The notes beneath the pieces were generated by a model, which was not told the origin of the DNA, ran no database searches, and saw only the letters and a program-made list of their open reading frames with translations. Of a DNA stretch of 11,051 nucleotides, positions 1 to 6,676 are shown piece by piece. Source of the stretch: Bdellovibrionia bacterium (lineage in GTDB: Bacteria; Bdellovibrionota; UBA1018). The stretch spans positions 1 to 11,051 of the forward strand of contig JBJMMA010000229.1 in NCBI GenBank assembly GCA_045805065.1, given 5' to 3'. The number at the start of each line of letters is the position of its first letter. The stretch's first letter is position 1. The translations under genes and the position numbers were made by a program.

Positions 1-47
1 CCTGAAGACTCATCATTCGCTTTGAGTTTGGCAAAATTAGGCCGCAT
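1..47 (-). CDS. possible 5' end of a divergent gene running off the window (MRPNFAKLKANDESS...)
   Basis: ATG at 47-45 with an open frame to the window edge, preceded by AT-rich intergenic DNA. It is only 15 codons, with no SD and no recognisable motif. Confidence 0.2.
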   Translation of the reverse strand, partial: MRPNFAKLKANDESS

Positions 48-80
48 AGAATAATTGACTGAATAGATCAAGAAAAATTC

Positions 81-95
81 GAGCAAATTTTGCTC
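81..95. promoter_or_regulatory. perfect palindrome GAGCAAA-T-TTTGCTC, candidate transcription factor site
   Basis: 7-bp inverted repeat with a 1-nt spacer in intergenic DNA. It covers the -35 position (about 85-90) of a candidate -10 hexamer TATGCT at 108-113. Confidence 0.4.
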
Positions 96-150
96 CTCGC
101 ATCGGAGTATGCTAGGAGAGGGCAAGTTTGTTTTTCGAAAGGAATAATCC

Positions 151-1566
151 GTGAGTACAACCGAAACTGGTGTGTTGAGTGGGGCAGATGTCAGCGGCGC
201 TGGGACTGTGAAATTGAAGTCTCAAAAGACGCTCTTTGGTCATCCTATTGGTCTGTTCGTTTTGTTCTTCACGGAAATGTGGGAACGCTTCTCTTATTAT
301 GGGATGCGCGCGCTCCTCGTCCTTTATATGACGGAGTATCTGATTAAGAAGACTGAGGCCGGCGGATACGTTTTCGGCTTCGGCGCTGTGCGTGGTGCCA
401 TTGAGTCCGTTTTCGGACCGATGACCATTCAGCCTCTCTCGTCCCAGATCTATGGTCTTTATACGGCCTTCGTCTATCTCACCCCGTTCTTCGGTGGGAT
501 CTTGGCTGACCGTGTTTTCGGGCAACGCAAAACCGTTCTCATTGGAGGCGTGCTGATGGCGATCGGCCACTTCCTGATGGCGTTTGAGCAGATGTTCCTG
601 CTTGCGCTCTTGTTCTTGATCCTGGGCAACGGCTGCTTCAAGCCAAACATCTCGACCCAGGTCGGTAACCTCTATCCAGCCGGCGATCCACGCCGCGACG
701 GCGCTTTCACGATTTTCTACATGGGAATCAACCTCGGCGCATTCCTCTCTCCTTTGATCTGCGGAACCTTGGGTCAGCGCTACGGCTGGCACTACGGTTT
801 TACGGCAGCAGGCGTCGGAATGGTGCTTGGATTGATCGTTTATATCTTCGGTCAGAAGTACTTGGCTGAAGACAACCTCACCAAGGTTCACGAAGCTCAC
901 GCTGAAGTGAAGCCTCTGACCAGCGCTGAGTGGAAATCCATCGGTGCTCTCGTTGTCCTTTGTGCACTGAACATCTCCTTCTGGGCTGTTTATGAGCAAC
1001 AAGGAAACACGATTCAGCTTTTCGCAGACCAAAGCACCGACTGGCGCGTCTTTGGTTGGGAAATGCCATCCACCTGGTTCCAATCCTTGAACCCGCTTTT
1101 CATCTTCATCTTTGCTCCAGTTCTGACCCAGATTTGGATGTGGCAGAATAAGAAGAAGAAAGAGCCCACGAGCGTTGCGAAGATGGCAATCGGCTCTGTC
1201 CTTCTGGGACTGGGTTTTGTGCCTCTGATGTACGTCGTGCACGGCTTGAGCCCAGAAGCAAAGATCAGCTTCCTCTGGCTGACGGGCGGTACGTTCATGT
1301 ACACGATCGGCGAGCTCTATCTCTCTCCAATCGGCTTGTCGCTTGTGACGAAGGTTTCGCCAGCTCGTCTGGTGAGCATGATGATGGGAATGTGGTTCCT
1401 CTCGTCCTTCTTCGGAAACTATCTGTCCGGTTATCTGGGCACTTATTACGAGAAGATGTCTCATGAAGACTTCTTCTTGATGCTCACCGTGATCGGCGTT
1501 CTGACGGGTGTTGCGATGTTCGCATTGCAAAAGCCTTTGAAGAAGGCGATCGGCGATAACGTCTAA
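151..1566 (+). CDS. proton-dependent oligopeptide transporter (POT/PTR2 family, DtpT-like MFS)
   Basis: ExxERFxYY motif (EMWERFSYYG), GGILADRVFG, GNGCFKPNIST, FYMGINLG, FQSLNP and GELYLSPIG. GTG start with SD AAAGGA at 138-143. Confidence 0.96.
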   Translation: MSTTETGVLSGADVSGAGTVKLKSQKTLFGHPIGLFVLFFTEMWERFSYYGMRALLVLYMTEYLIKKTEAGGYVFGFGAVRGAIESVFGPMTIQPLSSQIYGLYTAFVYLTPFFGGILADRVFGQRKTVLIGGVLMAIGHFLMAFEQMFLLALLFLILGNGCFKPNISTQVGNLYPAGDPRRDGAFTIFYMGINLGAFLSPLICGTLGQRYGWHYGFTAAGVGMVLGLIVYIFGQKYLAEDNLTKVHEAHAEVKPLTSAEWKSIGALVVLCALNISFWAVYEQQGNTIQLFADQSTDWRVFGWEMPSTWFQSLNPLFIFIFAPVLTQIWMWQNKKKKEPTSVAKMAIGSVLLGLGFVPLMYVVHGLSPEAKISFLWLTGGTFMYTIGELYLSPIGLSLVTKVSPARLVSMMMGMWFLSSFFGNYLSGYLGTYYEKMSHEDFFLMLTVIGVLTGVAMFALQKPLKKAIGDNV

Positions 1567-1591
1567 TCATTCGCAATTCAGTTAAGTCCTT

Positions 1592-1637
1592 AAAAAAATC
1601 GGCCCGCCTGAGTTTCTCTCAGGCGGGCTTATTTTTT
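1592..1637. terminator. intrinsic (likely bidirectional) terminator
   Basis: Perfect 11-bp stem GCCCGCCTGAG (1602-1612) / CTCAGGCGGGC (1618-1628) with a 5-nt loop. A7 tract upstream, TTATTTTTT downstream, 35 nt after the POT stop. Confidence 0.9.
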
Positions 1638-1656
1638 GCGAAACATCGTACTCTAA

Positions 1657-2196
1657 ATGTCTCTAGCGATGTTTCCGAGTGCCTTGAATTCGCTGCTTGG
1701 GGCGTATCAAAAGAACGACCCTGCTGCGAAACACCCTCTTGAAGTCCTTCTCCTTTATCCAGGCATCAAAGCGCTCGCTTTGTATCGGCTGGCCAATTCC
1801 CTTTGGCGTGCTGATGTTCCTTTTCTGCCACGGTTGATCTCAGAAATTGCACGCTTTCTAACGGGGATTGAAATTCATCCAGGCGCCGAGATCGGTGCTC
1901 GTCTGGTGATTGATCATGGGTTGGGTGTTGTGATCGGGGAGACGGCCGTCGTTGGCGACGATGTGGTGTTGTATCAGGCGGTGACGCTGGGAGGCGTCTC
2001 CCTTGCTCGGGAAAAGCGCCATCCAACGATTGGGAACCGGGTCGTGATCGGCGCAGGAGCCAAGATCCTGGGCGATATCAAGATTGGGGATGATTGCCGG
2101 GTCGGCGCAAACTCAGTGGTTTTACAAAACGTTCCGCCAGGAGCCACGGTCGTGGGGATTCCTGCGAGAGAGGTCATAAGAGGTGAGGGGTCATGA
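1657..2196 (+). CDS. cysE: serine O-acetyltransferase (short CysE/EpsC type)
   Basis: [46 protein letters not shown] and IGAGAKILG hexapeptide repeats. Adjacent to cysK. The start could alternatively be the ATG at 1669. Confidence 0.95.
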   Translation: MSLAMFPSALNSLLGAYQKNDPAAKHPLEVLLLYPGIKALALYRLANSLWRADVPFLPRLISEIARFLTGIEIHPGAEIGARLVIDHGLGVVIGETAVVGDDVVLYQAVTLGGVSLAREKRHPTIGNRVVIGAGAKILGDIKIGDDCRVGANSVVLQNVPPGATVVGIPAREVIRGEGS

Positions 2197-3185
2197 GAGT
2201 TTATTCGGACATCACAAAAACGATTGGAAACACCCCGCTTGTGAAGATGCAAAGAATCGGCGTGGGACTTCCGGCAGAGATCTGGCTCAAGCTTGAGTTC
2301 TTCAACCCGCTGGGCTCGGTGAAGGATCGCATCGGCGTTGCGATGATCGAATCGGCCGAAGCATCCGGCAAGCTCAAGCCGGGAATGCAGGTGATTGAGC
2401 CTACCAGCGGAAATACAGGAATCGCGCTCGCCTTTGTTTGTGCGGCTCGCGGTTATCCGCTGACCTTGGTGATGCCTGAGACTATGTCGCAGGAGCGGAG
2501 AACTTTGCTGCTTTTGTTGGGCGCCAAACTCATTCTGACTCCGGGACCTCTTGGGATGAAAGGGGCGATCGCAAAAACGCTGGAGATCCTCGATAGTGAC
2601 TCCTCTTATTTTTCACCCGGACAATTTGATAATCCCGCCAATCCGGAAATTCACCGAGTTACGACTGCAATGGAAATCTGGAACGATTCGGACGGGACTG
2701 CGGACATTTTGGTTGCTGGAGTTGGAACGGGTGGAACCACTACTGGAGTGGGCGAGGTTCTTAAAAAGAAAAAGCCTTCGTTTCAGGTAGTGGCGGTAGA
2801 GCCTGCAGAATCGGCGGTGATCTCGGGTGGCGCACCGGGGCCGCATAAAATCCAGGGGCTCGGCGCGGGCTTTATCCCCAAGAATCTCCATAAGGAAATA
2901 GTCGACGCAGTGGAGAAGGTTACAAGCGAAGAGTCTCTTGCCATGTCCAGGCGGCTCATCAAAGAAGAGGGAATCCCCACGGGCATATCCTCAGGAGCTG
3001 CAGTGGTTGCCGCTCTGAGGGTTGCGGCTCGCCCTGAAAATGCCGGAAAGAAAATCGTTGCGATCATCCCAAGTTACACCGAGCGGTACCTTTCAACAGT
3101 TCTTGCTGAAAAAGAGCGGCAAGAGGCCGCGCAGCTTTCAGTGAGTCAGGTAAGCGATAAATATTTGGCGCGAGCTGGGAAATGA
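2193..3185 (+). CDS. cysK: cysteine synthase A (O-acetylserine sulfhydrylase)
   Basis: IGNTPLV, PLP lysine in SVKDR (K44), [23 protein letters not shown] and ERYLST. ATGA overlap with the cysE stop. Confidence 0.96.
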   Translation: MRVYSDITKTIGNTPLVKMQRIGVGLPAEIWLKLEFFNPLGSVKDRIGVAMIESAEASGKLKPGMQVIEPTSGNTGIALAFVCAARGYPLTLVMPETMSQERRTLLLLLGAKLILTPGPLGMKGAIAKTLEILDSDSSYFSPGQFDNPANPEIHRVTTAMEIWNDSDGTADILVAGVGTGGTTTGVGEVLKKKKPSFQVVAVEPAESAVISGGAPGPHKIQGLGAGFIPKNLHKEIVDAVEKVTSEESLAMSRRLIKEEGIPTGISSGAAVVAALRVAARPENAGKKIVAIIPSYTERYLSTVLAEKERQEAAQLSVSQVSDKYLARAGK

Positions 3186-3191
3186 GAAATG

Positions 3192-3200
3192 TGCTATATT
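3192..3200 (+). promoter_or_regulatory. candidate extended -10 promoter (TG-c-TATATT)
   Basis: TGn followed by a 5/6 match to TATAAT, with 7 nt between the hexamer and the ATG at 3208. Confidence 0.5.
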
Positions 3201-3207
3201 GTAGGTA

Positions 3208-3666
3208 ATGATTCGCATCGCATCTGAAACTGAGCTGCTCGATTCTTTTCGCTCCCTGGATCGTGATGAAGTCGAGCTTTCCAAAGACCTGTCTTTCCCA
3301 ATGCTGGTGAAAGACTATCTCACCTGGAGCGATCCGGGTGGACATCGTGTTTATCTTGTTTTTACTGAGCCAGGACTCAAGACTCCGCTGGGTATCGTCT
3401 TTCGGCGCTCTTCGAGCGGATCCGTTCCTCCGCAAATGTGCGAGTGGTGTCACTCGGTTCGCGGCGGTGACGGGGTGAGGCTTCTCACTGCGACCGCAAG
3501 TAGCAACAAGCGTGTCGGTCTCCATCTTTGTAACGATTTAAGCTGCAAGAACAAGGTGGAAGAGGCTCCTGGAGCAAATGATTTTCCTGAGACCCTGAGT
3601 GCTCGTGAGAGAACTCAGCGGATTCTTCAGAGAATGTCACAGTTTGCTCGTCGCGCGATTTTCTAA
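3208..3666 (+). CDS. FBP domain-containing protein (FusB/FBP C-terminal treble-clef zinc-finger family)
   Basis: DYLTWSDP..RVYLV..LGIVFR pattern, C78xxC81 (MCEWC) and C108-x4-C113 (VGLHLCNDLSC), matching my recollection of FBP_C proteins. Fills the gap between cysK and the MFS gene. Confidence 0.8.
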   Translation: MIRIASETELLDSFRSLDRDEVELSKDLSFPMLVKDYLTWSDPGGHRVYLVFTEPGLKTPLGIVFRRSSSGSVPPQMCEWCHSVRGGDGVRLLTATASSNKRVGLHLCNDLSCKNKVEEAPGANDFPETLSARERTQRILQRMSQFARRAIF

Positions 3667-3719
3667 AGGTAAATTAGTATAGCTAACGATCCGGTTTCTT
3701 GAGATAGAGGGAAGTAGAT

Positions 3720-4946
3720 ATGCTTCTTGATTTCAAGAAACTGATGAGCGCGCGTTTCTTATTCACCTTCGGCGTTCAAATGCAGGCCGTGATCATTGGG
3801 TGGAGGATGTATGATCTCACTCATGATCCGCTTCATTTGGGTCTGATTGGTCTGGCTGAGGCTATTCCCGCCCTGAGTCTTGCTCTTTATGCAGGCTATG
3901 TCGTGGACAGGAGCAGGCCGCTTCGCGTTTACAAGTGGGTCCTGCGAGGAAGCCTTCTCTCAGCTTTGGTGCTTTTAGTCTCCTCGCTGGGAATGGGTCA
4001 GTTGAGTCTTTCCGCTCAGGTGGGAGCGCTTTTCCTGTCGTCACTGATCACGGGTTTTGCGCGAGGCTTTTCTCAGCCTGCGCTTTTTGCGGCAGTTCCC
4101 AGGATCGTTCCGCGGAGTGAGCTTCCCAAGGCTTCGGCCTGGATGACGTCCGCGCTTCAGATTGCCCGAATTTCAGGACCGGGTCTGGGTGGCCTGATCT
4201 ATGGCTGGTTTGGTGTGGGCGCGACGGCAGGGTTGATCTCTGTGATCCTCGTTGCTGCAATCATCTCGATGGGGCTGATTGAAGCAGACCCTGAGGCGCC
4301 TCAAGTCGTTGCAAAGAAAAACGTGAGACAGGAACTCTTCTCGGGCGTCTCTTTCGTGTTTCGTCATCCCATTCTTCTTCCAGCGCTTTCCTTGGATATG
4401 ATCTCTGTTTTCTTTGGAGACATGGTGGCGCTTCTTCCGATCTTTGCCGCTGAGATCCTTTTTGTGGGACCCAAAGGCCTTGGGGTTTTGAGAGCTGCTC
4501 CAGCTGTTGGTGCTGCCATTGCAAGTTACCTTCTGACGCGTGTGAATCTGCGTGAAAAAGCAGGCAATATGCTCATGGTGGCGGTCACAGGCTTTGGTGC
4601 GTGCATTCTGGTTTTCGCCTTGAGCCATAGCTTCTATCTCTCTTTGGCGGTGCTTGCGCTGAGTGGAGCCTTTGATAGCGTGAGCATGGTGATTCGTGGC
4701 GCTGCTGTTCAGCTTGTGTCGCCTGATCATATGAGAGGGCGCATCTCTGCCGTCAATTCGATCTTTATTGGATCATCCAATGAGCTCGGGCAATTTGAGT
4801 CAGGCGTTGCTGCCAAGCTTCTGGGTACCGTTCCTTCGGTGCTCTTCGGAGGAGCCGTATGTCTGCTCACAGTCGGCGCAACAGCGGTTCTCTCGCCCAC
4901 GCTTCGTAAGATGAATCTTGATGAGCTTGAGGCAAAGCCTCTTTAG
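3720..4946 (+). CDS. MFS transporter, EntS/DHA3 (MFS_3)-like exporter
   Basis: About 12 hydrophobic segments, GYVVDR motif A variant, LDMISVFFG, PDHMRGRISAVNSIFIGSSNELGQFESG. SD GAGGGA at 3707-3712. Confidence 0.92.
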   Translation: MLLDFKKLMSARFLFTFGVQMQAVIIGWRMYDLTHDPLHLGLIGLAEAIPALSLALYAGYVVDRSRPLRVYKWVLRGSLLSALVLLVSSLGMGQLSLSAQVGALFLSSLITGFARGFSQPALFAAVPRIVPRSELPKASAWMTSALQIARISGPGLGGLIYGWFGVGATAGLISVILVAAIISMGLIEADPEAPQVVAKKNVRQELFSGVSFVFRHPILLPALSLDMISVFFGDMVALLPIFAAEILFVGPKGLGVLRAAPAVGAAIASYLLTRVNLREKAGNMLMVAVTGFGACILVFALSHSFYLSLAVLALSGAFDSVSMVIRGAAVQLVSPDHMRGRISAVNSIFIGSSNELGQFESGVAAKLLGTVPSVLFGGAVCLLTVGATAVLSPTLRKMNLDELEAKPL

Positions 4947-4974
4947 ATCACTTTAAAATCACTTTTAGATCACT
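4941..4974. repeat. three imperfect tandem copies of a 10-11 bp unit
   Basis: CTTTAGATCA / CTTTAAAATCA / CTTTTAGATCA. Exact 11-bp direct repeat TTTAGATCACT at 4942-4952 and 4964-4974. Confidence 0.75.
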
Positions 4975-5852
4975 GCACTGGTGTGCTCGGCCAGATAGTC
5001 CACAAAAGTGCGGAGTGCCCTCGGCACAAAGCTCTGCTTAGGGTAGACGATTGAGACAGGAACTCTTTCGGCAGACCATCCATTCAGCAGTGGTACGAGA
5101 CGTCCTTCTTCGACATCCGCTGTGCAGAGAAAAGAGGGAAGAAGAGCAATTCCTTGTCCGCAAAGTGCCATTCTGTGGAGAGCGGCAAGGTTATTTGCGG
5201 CGCATCGGCTTTTGACTTCCACTTTGGTGACTTTGTTTCCGCTATGGAGCTGCCAGGTGGATGAATCATGTGAAACGGAGAAAACCAGGCAATCATGATT
5301 TTCAAGATCCTGGGGCTTTTTCGGAGTGCCTCGTTTTTTGAGATAAGAGGGACTCGCATAGGCCTCAAAGTAAGTGATGCCGAGTTTTTTTGAGACCAGG
5401 GACGAGTCTTCCAAATGGCCGGCCCGAATCCCGAGATCCACGCCTTCACCCACGAGATCGACAACGCGGTCCGTTAGGACGAATTCAATATTCACCAGTG
5501 GGTATTGCTCCAGGAACTTTGCGACAAGCTCGGGCAAGATCGTGGTTCCCAGATCCACGGTGGCTGTGATTTTCAGAGAGCCCTGAGGTTCGCCATGCTC
5601 GGCGGAAGTCGAGGCCTGAGCCTCTTGAAGTTCTGAAATCGCTCGCGCTGCGTGCGCAAAGAAGCGCTCGCCAGCCTCAGTCAGATGAAGCTTGCGTGTT
5701 GTTCGTCTGAGAAGTGATACTTTCAGCTCTTCTTCCAGGCGTGCGATCTTCGTGCTTACCGTGGAGACAGGCATTCTTAAGTTTTTAGCAGCAGCCGAAA
5801 AACTGCCTGCTTGAACGACTCGGACAAAGGTCAGTGCTCCATTGAGATCCAT
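4965..5852 (-). CDS. LysR-family transcriptional regulator (CrgA/DmlR-like)
   Basis: N-terminal HTH FVRVVQAGSFSAAA..LEEELKVSLLRRTTRKLHLTEAG, DRVVDLVGEGVDLGIR and ASPSYL..GTP..P.DL..HDCL. 295 aa, divergent from yceI. Confidence 0.96.
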   Translation of the reverse strand: MDLNGALTFVRVVQAGSFSAAAKNLRMPVSTVSTKIARLEEELKVSLLRRTTRKLHLTEAGERFFAHAARAISELQEAQASTSAEHGEPQGSLKITATVDLGTTILPELVAKFLEQYPLVNIEFVLTDRVVDLVGEGVDLGIRAGHLEDSSLVSKKLGITYFEAYASPSYLKKRGTPKKPQDLENHDCLVFSVSHDSSTWQLHSGNKVTKVEVKSRCAANNLAALHRMALCGQGIALLPSFLCTADVEEGRLVPLLNGWSAERVPVSIVYPKQSFVPRALRTFVDYLAEHTSAVI

Positions 5853-5863
5853 GGCCTGTATTA

Positions 5864-5928
5864 TTCATCTAATTGAAAAGTATTTCCAGAATTTTCGATT
5901 TCTCGAACGATTTGCTCTCTGCTAGTGT
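5864..5928 (+). promoter_or_regulatory. candidate LysR operator sites and yceI promoter
   Basis: Dyads TTCA-N6-TGAA (5864-5877) and TTCGA-N4-TCGAA (5894-5907). Extended -10 TG-c-TAGTGT (5920-5928) with a weak -35 TTCTCG (5900-5905) at 17-nt spacing. Confidence 0.45.
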
Positions 5929-5970
5929 TAGCTTTAAGTACAAATCACAAGATCTAGGAGATCTACACTT

Positions 5971-6585
5971 ATGAAAGCAACTCAGATTTTCAGCACCCTC
6001 GTGGCAGCAGGACTGATGGCAGTTTCCGGTTCTGCATTCGCAGCAGACGCAGCAAAAGTCGCTCCGACTGGCACTTATAACATTGACCCGGTCCACTCCA
6101 AGGTGGGCTTTGAGATTGGCCACTTGGTCATCTCCACGGTTGAAGGAAAGTTCAACCAGTTCACCGGTGATATCGTCGCTGGTAAGAAGCCAGAAGCAAC
6201 TAAAACGAACGTCGAAATCCAAACCGCCTCGATCGATACGGCAAATGCCGATCGCGACAAGCACTTGAAGAGCCCGGACTTCTTTGATGCAGAGAAGTTC
6301 CCTAAGATGACCTTCAAGAGCGATAAGGCTGTTTTCAACGGATCGGATGTTGAGATCCCAGGTCAGCTGACGATCAAAGGCGTCACCAAGCCAGTCACTC
6401 TCAAGGGCAAGTTCCTTGGGACCGTGAAGGGCATGATGGGCGAAGAGCGCTTGGCCGCTCAGCTGGGCACCAAGATCAACCGTAAGGACTTCGGCCTCAC
6501 CTGGAACAAGGCAATTGAAGCAGGTCCAGTAGTGGGCGATGAAGTGACGATCTCGCTCCGCATTGAAGCAGTGAAGAAGAAGTAA
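5971..6585 (+). CDS. yceI: YceI-family periplasmic polyisoprenoid/lipid-binding protein
   Basis: Signal peptide ending AFA, YNIDPVHS.VGF, ASIDT...RDKHL.S.DFFD..KFP, G.LTIKGVTKPV and INRKDFG. SD AGGAG at 5956-5960. Confidence 0.95.
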   Translation: MKATQIFSTLVAAGLMAVSGSAFAADAAKVAPTGTYNIDPVHSKVGFEIGHLVISTVEGKFNQFTGDIVAGKKPEATKTNVEIQTASIDTANADRDKHLKSPDFFDAEKFPKMTFKSDKAVFNGSDVEIPGQLTIKGVTKPVTLKGKFLGTVKGMMGEERLAAQLGTKINRKDFGLTWNKAIEAGPVVGDEVTISLRIEAVKKK

Positions 6586-6602
6586 TTCCCCAAACAGAAT
6601 TA

Positions 6603-6659
6603 AAATAAAGAGGCTTCGGCGCCCCTAAAAAGGGATAAGCTCCGAAGCCTTTTTTATTT
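6603..6659. terminator. bidirectional intrinsic terminator between convergent yceI and DAHP synthase genes
   Basis: Stem AGGCTTCGG (6611-6619) / CCGAAGCCT (6642-6650) with an inner stem CCCT-AAAA-AGGG. A-rich left flank and T-rich right flank. Confidence 0.85.
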
Positions 6660-6676
6660 CCAAATAGGCAGTTGGC

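Noticed and set aside
112..1530. 472-aa antisense ORF spanning the POT gene
   Set aside because: It is codon-aligned with the sense gene, so it stays open simply because that gene avoids TTA/CTA/TCA codons. Its His/Gln/Arg/Glu-rich composition mirrors a hydrophobic protein and it has no motifs.
3064..3525. 153-aa - strand ORF competing with the zinc-finger gene
   Set aside because: It overlaps cysK and is the aligned antisense frame. The + strand ORF has a recognisable Cys4 family pattern and a promoter candidate.
4173..4730. 185-aa antisense ORF and other short ORFs inside the MFS gene
   Set aside because: Codon-aligned or out-of-frame shadows with no family features.
6586..6676. Long interrupted hairpin as an sRNA or REP-like element
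   Set aside because: Adequately explained as a bidirectional terminator between convergent genes, and no second copy occurs in the window.
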